Below, piece after piece: positions 10,043-19,854 of a stretch of DNA of 64,000 nucleotides. Positions within the stretch are counted from its first letter, which is position 1, and each line of letters opens with the position of its first letter. Source of the stretch: Bdellovibrionales bacterium (lineage in GTDB: Bacteria; Bdellovibrionota; Bdellovibrionia; Bdellovibrionales; Bdellovibrionaceae); NCBI GenBank assembly GCA_031370005.1, contig JANMPT010000024.1, positions 128,001 through 192,000 of the forward strand, read 5' to 3'. The translations under genes and the position numbers were made by a program. Below the pieces are notes generated by a model, which saw only the letters and a program-made list of their open reading frames with translations, had not been told where the DNA came from and made no database searches.

Positions 10043-11056
10043 GTGTACTTTAGCTGTAAAATTTCTAACTCTATTTTGACTTATCTGGAGACCCAGGGCG
10101 AAGACATGTCCGTTCTTTATGAACAGCAGACTCCGTTGCCAGTGGAGTTGATGCGGGATCCATCCTATTGGATGAGCGCGCCGGATATGGAGACTTTTCT
10201 GGAGTCTCTATTGCGGATGCCGCTGAAAAGCAATGACGGCAATCTCTTGTTGAAGGTGGGTCATGATGGGCCCAAGATTCGTGCGTGGGGAGTTCTCGAT
10301 TCTGTCTTGAGAATGATGCCAAGACCTCAGGAAATTTTCAATCAACCAGAGCGGTTTCTTTCTCACTTTATCTCTCCGGAGCCGCCTGTGGAAAATCTTC
10401 GTAGAGATGAGAGTTCGATCTCTTTTGATCTGCCTTTGCCGGCAGAGCAATATCCTCATGTTACGACATATATGAAAGCGGCCCTCGAGTCCTTGCCAGT
10501 GTATGTGGGGCAAAATCTTGCAACCTGTGAGTGGTCAGAAATTCATCTTGAACTTCGCTGGTCTGATCATCAAAAATCAATTTTTGAAATTGATCCTGGT
10601 CACCAAATTAGCCCGCAGCTAATGCAATCAGTGATCGACGAGCTGCAAAAGCATCAGCGTGAACTCGAAGAGCGCAACTGCGAGCTGCAAAAGAAAAATG
10701 AAGAGCTCTTACAGGCTCACATGGATTTACAAGCGAATTTGCGAGCCAAAGCCCCGTCGTTGCTTCCGCAGGTGGGGCCACTTTCGAAATTAGATTTTGA
10801 AACTCAGGGGCCTGGATATGTCATAGGGCAAAACACAGCTCGTCTGCATGATTATATGGTGCGAGCTCAACAGTTAGTGACTATGCTTACAGCCCAAGGG
10901 AAAATGACCCCAGAGGCGAAAGAAGCCATGCGCCGAGTGGACTGGGAGCATGTAAAAAACAGCTATCCAAAAACCGTCTCAGATATCATGGATTCCCTGA
11001 GAAATCTGCAAAATCAACTAGCACAGAAAGTAAAAGAGGAGAACACCCATGTCTGA
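10043..11056 (+). CDS. Hypothetical protein with central coiled coil, overlapping the eno start
   Basis: 337-aa ORF; heptad region [23 protein letters not shown]; 8-nt overlap with eno. Confidence 0.75.
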   Translation: MYFSCKISNSILTYLETQGEDMSVLYEQQTPLPVELMRDPSYWMSAPDMETFLESLLRMPLKSNDGNLLLKVGHDGPKIRAWGVLDSVLRMMPRPQEIFNQPERFLSHFISPEPPVENLRRDESSISFDLPLPAEQYPHVTTYMKAALESLPVYVGQNLATCEWSEIHLELRWSDHQKSIFEIDPGHQISPQLMQSVIDELQKHQRELEERNCELQKKNEELLQAHMDLQANLRAKAPSLLPQVGPLSKLDFETQGPGYVIGQNTARLHDYMVRAQQLVTMLTAQGKMTPEAKEAMRRVDWEHVKNSYPKTVSDIMDSLRNLQNQLAQKVKEENTHV

Positions 11057-12317
11057 GATCTTAAATATTATCTCTCGTGAAATTTTGGATAGCCGTGGAA
11101 ATCCCACTGTTGAAGTGGAGGTTCACACAACTCTTGGCAATATCGGAAGAGCAGCTGTTCCATCCGGTGCATCGACTGGAGCTCATGAGGCTTGTGAGCT
11201 TCGCGATGGCGACAAGAAACGTTTTCTTGGAAAGGGTGTTTTTAAGGCTGTGGACAATGTTCGCGAGAAATTGGCACCTGGGGTTATTGGTCTTCCAGTA
11301 ACGGACCAAGTTTATATCGACAAAATTTTACGAGAAATTGACGGCACAGAGAATAAATCAAATCTAGGAGCGAATGCGATTTTGGGTGTTTCTTTGGCTG
11401 TGGCGAAGGCCGCAGCTTTGGATGTTGGGCTTCCGTTGTACCGTTATGTCGGAGGATCACAAGCTTGTCGCCTGCCAGTTCCACTTATGAATCTGATCAA
11501 CGGTGGCGCACATGCGAATAATGGCCTCGATGTTCAAGAGTTTATGATTGTTCCAACCGTAAACAACTCTTATGCGGAGTCTCTCCGCGCTGGATCTGAA
11601 ATTTTCCATACGCTTAAATCCATTCTTGCTAAAAAAGGATTTTCCACTGCTGTTGGTGACGAAGGGGGCTTTGCTCCGAAATTAGGAAGCAATCAAGAGG
11701 CTTTGGATTTGCTGATGGAAGCGATTCAACAAGCGGGCTATGAACCTGGCCAAAATATTTTCTTAGCCCTGGACGTTGCTGCAACAGAAATGTTGAAAGA
11801 TGGCAAGTACCAGTGGCAAGGAAACTTGATCACAGCCAAAGAGCTTCAAGGTGTTTACAAATCTTGGACTGAAAAATACCCACTTGTGAGCATTGAAGAT
11901 GGTTTTGGCGAAGATGATTGGGACGCTTGGGCTTCTATCACCGCTGAACTTGGCAACCATGTCCAACTGGTGGGGGATGATTTGTTTGTGACTAATCCAA
12001 AACGTCTTCGCCAAGGTATCGACAAAAAGACCGCTAATGCCTTGCTTGTGAAAGTAAATCAAATTGGAACTCTCACGGAGACTTCTGAAGCTGTGAGCCT
12101 GGCTCAAAGAAATAAATATAAGACAATTATGTCCCATCGCTCAGGAGAAACCGAAGATACAACTATCGCGGATCTTGCAGTGGCGCTGAACTGTCACCAG
12201 ATCAAAACGGGCAGCCTCTGCCGCTCTGAGCGTGTTGCAAAGTACAACCAGCTTCTACGCATCGAGGAAGATCTCGGCGGCATGGGTATATACTGGGACA
12301 AGGCTGCCTTTCGTTAA
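11049..12317 (+). CDS. eno: Enolase
   Basis: [52 protein letters not shown]. Confidence 0.99.
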   Translation: MSEILNIISREILDSRGNPTVEVEVHTTLGNIGRAAVPSGASTGAHEACELRDGDKKRFLGKGVFKAVDNVREKLAPGVIGLPVTDQVYIDKILREIDGTENKSNLGANAILGVSLAVAKAAALDVGLPLYRYVGGSQACRLPVPLMNLINGGAHANNGLDVQEFMIVPTVNNSYAESLRAGSEIFHTLKSILAKKGFSTAVGDEGGFAPKLGSNQEALDLLMEAIQQAGYEPGQNIFLALDVAATEMLKDGKYQWQGNLITAKELQGVYKSWTEKYPLVSIEDGFGEDDWDAWASITAELGNHVQLVGDDLFVTNPKRLRQGIDKKTANALLVKVNQIGTLTETSEAVSLAQRNKYKTIMSHRSGETEDTTIADLAVALNCHQIKTGSLCRSERVAKYNQLLRIEEDLGGMGIYWDKAAFR

Positions 12318-12479
12318 AAAATAGAGCCCTGGTTCGAGCCCGGGCTTAATTATTGCACCTTAATTATTCACAAAATTGCATTGAAAGCGCCGTGCGTTTC
12401 AATGGGTTATGATAGTATTTAGACTGTCGTATTTTCGAACAGTCCTGAAAAAATTACAGAGGTTGAAGGAGCTGTTTAT

Positions 12480-13310
12480 ATGAAAGCTTTGAATGCTATG
12501 AAAGCGTTGTCATATGTATTTTTAGGAGTTCTAGTCTTTTCCTCTGCTCAGGCAAAAACAATATTGATCTCTGACATTGACGACACTATTAAAAACTCCC
12601 ATGTGTTAGACAAAAGTGACGCCTTCTTCAATGCCAATAATACTGAGAATCTAGTTTTAGGCATGAACATTGTCTATCATGCAGTAAAAGTGAAAGACCC
12701 CAGCGTTAAATTTTTCTATGTAACGAATGCTCCCAAATTTCTCATGAGTTCAAGTCATAGTGAGTTTTTATCTTTAAATAAATTCCCAGTGGGTAGCTTA
12801 AGGCTTCGCCATAGTCTTTTTCAAAATGATTTTAAAATCACTGAGATTCGAAAGATTTTAAAAGCGGAACATCCAGATACAGTTATTCTTACGGGTGATA
12901 ATGGCGAGAAAGATATTTTCGTTTATGAACAAATGAAAAGGGAAAACCCGCAAATTCACTTTTTAACATATATTCATTTGATTTATTCGCGTCTCAATCG
13001 CGAAAACCCTGGCGCTGTGATGTTGCCAGGGCAAGTTGGCTTTGCAACTTCGCTAGATTTGATTCTTCAATTGCAAAAAGAAGGATTTGTTACTAGTACG
13101 GAAACAGTTTCATTTGTGAATGGCTTCATCAAGTCTTTTGCAGAAGAGGACGATATGGCCGAAGTCGGTCGTGTAGCGATACCATTTTGGATGGACTGTC
13201 GTGATTTCACTTGGTCAGCACCAGATGCGGCCTTTGCTCAATCGCAGTCGTACTCGGCAGCGAAAAGTCGAATTCTTGAGCGCTGTCAGGTCGCTGCGGG
13301 CGAGGACTAG
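12480..13310 (+). CDS. Exported App1-like (DUF2183) HAD phosphatase
   Basis: Signal peptide (start may be 12498); ISDIDDTIK (DxDxT), FFYVTNAP, K, LTGDNGEKD. Confidence 0.8.
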   Translation: MKALNAMKALSYVFLGVLVFSSAQAKTILISDIDDTIKNSHVLDKSDAFFNANNTENLVLGMNIVYHAVKVKDPSVKFFYVTNAPKFLMSSSHSEFLSLNKFPVGSLRLRHSLFQNDFKITEIRKILKAEHPDTVILTGDNGEKDIFVYEQMKRENPQIHFLTYIHLIYSRLNRENPGAVMLPGQVGFATSLDLILQLQKEGFVTSTETVSFVNGFIKSFAEEDDMAEVGRVAIPFWMDCRDFTWSAPDAAFAQSQSYSAAKSRILERCQVAAGED

Positions 13311-13322
13311 ACTTTCAGCGCG

Positions 13323-13351
13323 TTGATTCTCGAAACAGAAGGCCGTACCTT
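13323..13351 (+). promoter_or_regulatory. Putative sigma70 promoter (leaderless) sharing 15 bp with the 45722 repeat
   Basis: TTGATT-N17-TACCTT-N6-ATG; AGAAGGCCGTACCTT (13337-13351) identical to 45735-45749. Confidence 0.65.
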
Positions 13352-13357
13352 AAGAGA

Positions 13358-13663
13358 ATGTCAGTTCGAAAAATGGCCATTTCATTTCGTAGTTTTCTGA
13401 ATCATCCAGGCAAGGTGACCACTCTTTGCGTAGTTTTTTTCGCGATGACGCTGATGATGAATGGTCTTTTGTGGCGTCTTTGGGGGCTTCATAGAGATTT
13501 CGAAAGACTGACGCTAGAGATTACAGGAACACGAAGTGATATTGGGCAACTCAATATACAGCTTAAACAGGCGAAAGATCCCAGTTTTATCGAGCGGCAA
13601 GCTCGCGACAAGTTGGATTTGGTCAGTGAAAAGGACCTGGTTTTCGTCTTTCCAGAGCGGTGA
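13358..13663 (+). CDS. Septum formation initiator (FtsB/DivIC family)
   Basis: One TM helix, coiled coil, DPSFIERQARDKLDLV motif; lies near eno as ftsB often does. Confidence 0.85.
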   Translation: MSVRKMAISFRSFLNHPGKVTTLCVVFFAMTLMMNGLLWRLWGLHRDFERLTLEITGTRSDIGQLNIQLKQAKDPSFIERQARDKLDLVSEKDLVFVFPER

Positions 13664-13772
13664 GCGCCGCGACATTTTTATTGCAGTGTCACGTGTAAAA
13701 ATCAGCTTAAAAATCTAGGATATGAACTCTAAATTTTCTGATTTTATGAATGAAATCAGTGAGGTTATATAG

Positions 13773-14081
13773 ATGGTCTCAAATACTACAGACATTATAA
13801 GTCCATTAAATAAAGACACAATTAAGTCCCTTCGTCTTCGTTTGGGTTGGAGTCAGGCCGATTTTGCACGACGCTTAAACTGTGCCATAACAGAAGTTAT
13901 GTATTGGGAGAATGGCTCACAAACCCCAACTTCACATTTTCTGAATGAAATGTTTTTACTTGTTAAGCAGGCAGATGCTTGTAGCTATGAAGTTCATGCC
14001 GCTCCTCTTGCTGAAAACATATGCGAAAAACAGGCTTTAGGACAAATCGAATTCTCTGAAATCAAAGAAGAGATTGAATAG
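13773..14081 (+). CDS. XRE/Cro-family HTH protein
   Basis: IKSLRLRLGWSQADFARRL...WENG. Confidence 0.85.
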   Translation: MVSNTTDIISPLNKDTIKSLRLRLGWSQADFARRLNCAITEVMYWENGSQTPTSHFLNEMFLLVKQADACSYEVHAAPLAENICEKQALGQIEFSEIKEEIE

Positions 14082-14109
14082 AATCTGAGACTCAAGTAGA
14101 GGTAAATCC

Positions 14110-16707
14110 ATGAAAAAGATTTATCTCGTAGATGTGAGTTCGATGTTTTTTCGCGCTTACTATGCTATTCGTCCGTTAAACGCCCCTTCAGGGATTCCTG
14201 TTAATGCTATTTATGGATTTCTGTCGATGATCACCAAGCTTTTTAAAGATGAAAAGCCTGATTATATGATTTTTGCATATGATCGTAAGGAACCCTCTTT
14301 TCGTAAAGAACTTTACCCGGAATACAAAGCCCATCGCACTGCCATGCCTGATGATTTGGCTGTGCAAATTCCTTATATTAAAAAACTTGCGGACTTCTTA
14401 GGAGTTCCGGCGCTAGAGATCTCGCCGTATGAGGCTGATGATATTATTGGAACCCTTGTGAAATTGGGACTTAAACATCACCATGAAGTGGTGATAGTTA
14501 GTGGTGACAAGGACTTTGGCCAGCTCATTCAAAAAAATGTTGTACTTTATGATACGATGAAAGATGTGAAATATGATGAGGTTGGCGTTTACGAAAAATG
14601 GGGCGTTCGACCGGATCAGTTTATCGATTACTTGGCCTTAGTTGGTGATGCCTCGGATAATATTCCCGGCGTAGCTGGAATTGGACCAAAAGGAGCGCAA
14701 AAACTTTTAGAGCAATTTAAGACTCTTGAAGATATTTACGAAGACCTCGGTAAGGTAACAAGCAAAGGAGTTCGCGAGAAGCTAGAGTCCTCTCGTGAAA
14801 ATGCATTGCTGTCAAAAAAACTTGTGACTATTGCTATGGATGTCCCAGTGAGTGAGAACTTTGAGGACTATCATTTGCGGCCATTACAAACCGACAATCT
14901 GCGCGCACTACTTCAAGAGTTGAACTTTAAATCTTTTGAGAAGTCTCTATTAGGTGATGAGGCTTCCCATGGTACTCTTCACGACAATATTGTACCTAAG
15001 CCTGGGGTTAAGACGATGGCTGTGAATCCGCTGGAGGATATTAAGATTTCCTCTTTGCCTTCGGAAGTGATGACAAAGGTTGACGCGTATTTGCATATCA
15101 AAGAGGTGTCATTATCAGTGGTCGATCTCTTGCGGGTACTTCAAGACAATGACAAGCTTTGGGGCTTCAGTGATGAGCGGGGAGTTTTTATTGGCCGTGA
15201 TCAAGAGCTTTGGGCTATTGAGGGCAACTACGCTGAGCTGGGTGCCGCAACAGATAAAAAACATATTCGCTGGTTAGGTTTTGACCTCAAAAATTTTTTC
15301 CATAAAATAGAGGCGCACACACCCGTGGTCACATGGGATTCCTCTTTAGCAGCCTATGTGGTACGTGCCGGAGATAGCACTGACTTCGAAAATATTTATA
15401 AAAAATTTGTGGGTATTGGTCTGCCAGAATTCGCTAGTCCTGCGCAAATTTACAAGGCTCATATTGAATTGCAGCACATTTTACAAGATCGCTTGAGTCT
15501 TTTCAGTGGCGAGAATATTTTGAATGAACTTGAACTGCCACTACTGCCTATTTTATTGAATATGGAGTATAAAGGTATTCGTATCGACACTGAGCTTTTG
15601 AAAATTCAGTCTGTTGAACTTACTGAAGAGCTTGTCTTGCTTGAGAAAGAAATTCATCACTTAGCAGGAGAATCATTTAATGTTGCCAGCCCAAAGCAGT
15701 TGGGGGTTATTCTCTTTGAAAAATTAGGCCTTGCTGTAGGAAAAAAAACAAAGACAGGTTATTCCACAGGAGAAGATGTTTTAGAGAAGCTAAATCACCC
15801 AATCGCAGCAAAAGTTCTTCAGTGGCGCGAGCTTGCCAAGCTTAAATCCACCTATGTCGATGCACTACCGGAAATGATTGATGCCAAAGATGGCCGAATT
15901 CACACAAGTTTTAATCAAGCATTGACCTCAACGGGTCGTCTTTCAAGTACGCAGCCAAACCTACAAAACATTCCGATTCGCACAGAGCGCGGCCAGAGGG
16001 TTCGTCAGGCTTTTATTGCAGATAAGGGAAAAAAACTTTTGTCTATGGATTATTCTCAAATTGAATTACGGATTCTTGCGCATATTTCCGAAGATCCGGG
16101 TTTGTTGAGAGCCTTCCGCGATGACCTTGATATTCATGCTGCTACTGCTGCCGAGATTTTTAATGTTGATGTCAAACACGTTACGAGTGAACAACGTCGC
16201 AGCGCAAAGGCTGTTAATTTTGGAATTGCCTATGGTCAGGGTGCCTTCGGGCTTGCTGCGAGCCTTGGAATTCCAAATAAGGATGCTCAAGATATCATTG
16301 GTCGCTATTTCGATAAATTCGGTGGTGTTCGAGAGTATATTGAAAACACAATTAAAACGGCCCATGAAAATGGTTATGTTGAGACACTTTTCGGACGGCG
16401 GCGCTATATTGAAGAACTAAGCGCCAAAAACCATATGTTAAAGAAGTTCGGGGAGCGAGCGGCTATTAACGCCCCTATCCAAGGTACTGCCAGCGATCTG
16501 GTGAAAAAAGCAATGATTGAGATTGTGCAAAAAGTGAGAGTAGACCTTGTACTGCAGGTGCATGACGAATTGATCTTCGAAGGAAGCCGCGAGGAGCTCT
16601 CTGCGCATATCCCGCAGCTAGCTCGAATCATGGAATCGGCAATGAAACTAAAGGTTCCGTTGAAAGTGAATTATGCCATCGGTAACAATTGGGACGAAGC
16701 ACACTAA
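14110..16707 (+). CDS. polA: DNA polymerase I
   Basis: 5'-3' exonuclease (YEADDIIG, GDASDNIPGV); polymerase motifs TGRLSS-PNLQNIP, DYSQIELR, KAVNFGIAYG, QVHDEL; proofreading domain looks degenerate. Confidence 0.98.
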   Translation: MKKIYLVDVSSMFFRAYYAIRPLNAPSGIPVNAIYGFLSMITKLFKDEKPDYMIFAYDRKEPSFRKELYPEYKAHRTAMPDDLAVQIPYIKKLADFLGVPALEISPYEADDIIGTLVKLGLKHHHEVVIVSGDKDFGQLIQKNVVLYDTMKDVKYDEVGVYEKWGVRPDQFIDYLALVGDASDNIPGVAGIGPKGAQKLLEQFKTLEDIYEDLGKVTSKGVREKLESSRENALLSKKLVTIAMDVPVSENFEDYHLRPLQTDNLRALLQELNFKSFEKSLLGDEASHGTLHDNIVPKPGVKTMAVNPLEDIKISSLPSEVMTKVDAYLHIKEVSLSVVDLLRVLQDNDKLWGFSDERGVFIGRDQELWAIEGNYAELGAATDKKHIRWLGFDLKNFFHKIEAHTPVVTWDSSLAAYVVRAGDSTDFENIYKKFVGIGLPEFASPAQIYKAHIELQHILQDRLSLFSGENILNELELPLLPILLNMEYKGIRIDTELLKIQSVELTEELVLLEKEIHHLAGESFNVASPKQLGVILFEKLGLAVGKKTKTGYSTGEDVLEKLNHPIAAKVLQWRELAKLKSTYVDALPEMIDAKDGRIHTSFNQALTSTGRLSSTQPNLQNIPIRTERGQRVRQAFIADKGKKLLSMDYSQIELRILAHISEDPGLLRAFRDDLDIHAATAAEIFNVDVKHVTSEQRRSAKAVNFGIAYGQGAFGLAASLGIPNKDAQDIIGRYFDKFGGVREYIENTIKTAHENGYVETLFGRRRYIEELSAKNHMLKKFGERAAINAPIQGTASDLVKKAMIEIVQKVRVDLVLQVHDELIFEGSREELSAHIPQLARIMESAMKLKVPLKVNYAIGNNWDEAH

Positions 16708-16725
16708 GACTTTTGTATAGTTTTT

Positions 16726-16765
16726 CTCCGGCTTCAGCTTGGTTATGCACTCAAGCTGCTTGGAG
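16726..16765 (+). terminator. Hairpin downstream of polA
   Basis: CAGCTTG...CAAGCTG stem extended by CTCC...GGAG; no clear U tail. Confidence 0.4.
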
Positions 16766-16821
16766 TAAGAAATCCCTGTAAACGTCATTATATTTTAAAA
16801 TCGCTCACCGATAAGTTAAAT

Positions 16822-19809
16822 ATGAAAAAAATCATTTTAGCTTTTGCTATTTTAGCTACGCCCTTTTTTACTCATGCTGAATGGGCCAAAGAAATTGATG
16901 CAGATATAGAACTAAATGACGAAGTTACTAACATAGAAGTTAGTGCTGATGGTTCTTATGTTCTCACAGAGCAACGCACTTTCACTGCGCTTAATGATAA
17001 AGGTCGTAGTCGGTTAGCGCATGAAACTATCAAATTTATTCCAGACTCTATGTCGGTTAGTATAAAGTCAGCGGCCAGTATTACAAAAGGGATTACCTCG
17101 AAAGTTGATCTAAAGAGTATTCAAGAAAGAACGGCGGAGGGACCAAGCAACGGTGTTAATGCACTTAAGGAGTTGGTCATTCCTTTTAATAATTTAAAAG
17201 TCGGTTCTTCGATCAAATATGAATATGCTTTAAGAGTAAAAAAAGCCGCCGTCGCCGGCATCTTTAGCATGAGATTAATCTATGGTTTAAGCTTTCCCGA
17301 AAGATCTGGAAAGGTAATTGTTACGTCGCCTAAAAAAATTCATTTTGCATCAATAGACCCGGACAAAGCTTTAAATATTCAGTCCTCGCAGGAGGGAAAG
17401 CTCTATAAGCTGAGCGTTACCCTGATGAAGTCTGCATTTAAAATACCCAATGAGGCATCAGCCTCTATTCCAAAAAATCTTCATGCTCAAGTTGAATTTT
17501 CAACAGCTGATAGCTGGAATGAATTTGCAAAAGAAGTCAGCGCAAAATACGAAAAAATTTTGGCAATAAAGACTCTTCCACCAGCACTTAAGGAAATCGC
17601 TGTCAATGCCGCTGCACTTAAGAATCCATTTGATAAAATCAACAAAGTTACTTCAGAGTTGGCAAATGTCATGACCTATTCTGGAGATTGGACAAGTTTA
17701 GAAAAAATGTTTTATCCAAAAGATCTTGCGGAAATTGCCAAGCTAAAGATGGGGGATTGTAAAGACTTTGCAGTCGCGACGACTGCAATCCTAAGAAGCT
17801 TAGGGTTTCAAGCAGATGTCTCGTTGGTCTATCGTCAAGATCAAGTACGAGTTGTTAGTCAAATTATGGCAAAGCCCATCGATCTAAAAATAGCTTTAAG
17901 TGATATTTTCAACCACGCCATTGTGCATGTGACCGTAGATAATAAAGATATTTGGGTTGATCCTACCAACATCGTAAGCAATGCGAAATTAATCTATTCC
18001 GATATCGCCGCATCTCCAGCTTTAGTGTTAAATAAAGAAACCTTAGGACTTAGTATGATCCCTGAGTCTACCACTCAAGAAAGCATTGTTAGCATTAACA
18101 AAATACTGAAAATCAATCCAGACGAAACGGTGGATTCCGAGGGAAGTTTTGAAGCCAAGGGCGATTATGCGAAATCTCTCTTTGAGGTAGCTATTTACAA
18201 AAATGAGCAAACAGCGAAAGAAAGAATTTTATCTCTTTACGGAACAGATCCTCGCCATAAGCAGTTTTTTTTGGATGGTCTGAATTTTAAAACTAGGATT
18301 GCAGATAAGATCGAAGTGAAAGTTAAAGTTATGAGCGAAAAGAATGTTTTTAAAGAGGAAAAGGAAAATAAATCATTATTCATTCCGATGTCCAGTCGTC
18401 TTGGTGTTTTTGGAGTAGTCGGTCAGAATAGGGTTACTGATTTTTATGTCGGTCCACGAGCGACAGAAAAAACAATTACAAAAATTCCTGGCTATGATTT
18501 TGGCAGCAAAGACTATGGCTGTTTTACACTCACGCCGTGGTACACAATTGAAAGAAAGCTACTTAAAACAAAAGAAGGCTTTGATGTACAAGATGTCGTC
18601 AACTATCGACAGTCCTTAATTAAGGCATCTGATATAAATCAAGAAAATTTTCAGTTTAATATTGGCGATATTGCAGACTGTGCTCGTGCCCAAAATATTA
18701 CAATTCACCCACTGAAGCAGGGCGAAGACTTAAAAATGCGCATGAAAAACTACAATACGACACGAATTGATGAATTATTAAATGCAAGTGGGCCTGCAAG
18801 TATTGAAACCACTCGTGAGGCGAAAAACATTGTGGACGGCTTATTATTTTTAGATCCGAAAGACAAAATGGCACGACGGAAAAAATATAGTGTTCTAGTA
18901 AACATTAACTTTAAGCGGAATGATATTGATCGAACTGAATACAATAAAGCTGCGGGCGAGGTTATAAATCAGCTTTACTTAGAGTTCTCAGAAGACGACA
19001 AAGTTTTGAAATTGAAAACTTATTATGCCATTCGTACGGAGAATATGGGGGATGCAAAAAAATTCTTTAAGCAGGCATACTATACTTCCAAAAAAAATTT
19101 CGAGATTTACGCGCTTGGTGGATTTCTGGCAGAAAAGCTTCATGACCTTAAGACGGCTGAGGGGTCCTACAAGAAGGCCCTAGAATTAACAAAAGACTTT
19201 GGTGAAATAAGCGGCACGTATTTAAGTCTGGCGGGGATTGCATGGTCGCAGAAGCAAAATGATGTGGCCATTAATTATTATAAAAAAGCCATTCAATACA
19301 ATCCTTCAGATGCGTGGCTTTATAGTGGCTACGTGAATAAACTTAACTATCTGCAGAAATGGGATGAGGCCATCGCGGCCGGCGAAAAGATGCTTAAATT
19401 GGCCGATTTTGGGGTCGGCCGAAATCTTCTTGGGAAGGCTTACTCAGGCAAGGCTGTGGATATCTGGCAAACCTATACCCGCACTAAGCGCTTTGTCACC
19501 GATCCTGATCAGGACGTAGTTGCGAATATTTGCATGAAGGCTTTAAAATATAAAGATACAGATTTTAACTGTCTCTCGCTTCTAGGTTTTTTTGCACTTA
19601 ATACTGCGCGAATGGAAAATGATTTGGCAAAGGCACAAAAAGCTTACGACTATTACACGCGGGCCCTACAGGACCCAGAGAATATGAGCAACCCGGAAAA
19701 TCTCAAACTACAAGCAGAGGCAAAACAAATTGTTGCTCGACTGCAGGCAAGCAAAGACGCGATTGGAAACAATGTGTCTTCGCGTCTGCCGGCATCTTCT
19801 GAAAAATAA
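16822..19809 (+). CDS. Exported DUF3857/transglutaminase-like protein with C-terminal TPRs
   Basis: Signal peptide; GDCKD (Cys), FNHAI (His), WVDPT (Asp) triad; TPR-like AINYYKKAIQYNPSDA. Confidence 0.85.
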   Translation: MKKIILAFAILATPFFTHAEWAKEIDADIELNDEVTNIEVSADGSYVLTEQRTFTALNDKGRSRLAHETIKFIPDSMSVSIKSAASITKGITSKVDLKSIQERTAEGPSNGVNALKELVIPFNNLKVGSSIKYEYALRVKKAAVAGIFSMRLIYGLSFPERSGKVIVTSPKKIHFASIDPDKALNIQSSQEGKLYKLSVTLMKSAFKIPNEASASIPKNLHAQVEFSTADSWNEFAKEVSAKYEKILAIKTLPPALKEIAVNAAALKNPFDKINKVTSELANVMTYSGDWTSLEKMFYPKDLAEIAKLKMGDCKDFAVATTAILRSLGFQADVSLVYRQDQVRVVSQIMAKPIDLKIALSDIFNHAIVHVTVDNKDIWVDPTNIVSNAKLIYSDIAASPALVLNKETLGLSMIPESTTQESIVSINKILKINPDETVDSEGSFEAKGDYAKSLFEVAIYKNEQTAKERILSLYGTDPRHKQFFLDGLNFKTRIADKIEVKVKVMSEKNVFKEEKENKSLFIPMSSRLGVFGVVGQNRVTDFYVGPRATEKTITKIPGYDFGSKDYGCFTLTPWYTIERKLLKTKEGFDVQDVVNYRQSLIKASDINQENFQFNIGDIADCARAQNITIHPLKQGEDLKMRMKNYNTTRIDELLNASGPASIETTREAKNIVDGLLFLDPKDKMARRKKYSVLVNINFKRNDIDRTEYNKAAGEVINQLYLEFSEDDKVLKLKTYYAIRTENMGDAKKFFKQAYYTSKKNFEIYALGGFLAEKLHDLKTAEGSYKKALELTKDFGEISGTYLSLAGIAWSQKQNDVAINYYKKAIQYNPSDAWLYSGYVNKLNYLQKWDEAIAAGEKMLKLADFGVGRNLLGKAYSGKAVDIWQTYTRTKRFVTDPDQDVVANICMKALKYKDTDFNCLSLLGFFALNTARMENDLAKAQKAYDYYTRALQDPENMSNPENLKLQAEAKQIVARLQASKDAIGNNVSSRLPASSEK

Positions 19810-19854
19810 TCATTACCCCGAGGCCAGCGAGTGAGCCTAGCTATATAATTCAAA

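Noticed and set aside
12480..12509. Tandem ATGAAAGC(T/G)TTG duplication (MKALNAMKAL)
   Set aside because: A short two-copy duplication that only makes the start ambiguous
13773..14081. XRE gene as an antitoxin or prophage repressor
   Set aside because: No toxin partner or phage genes; it sits co-oriented just before polA
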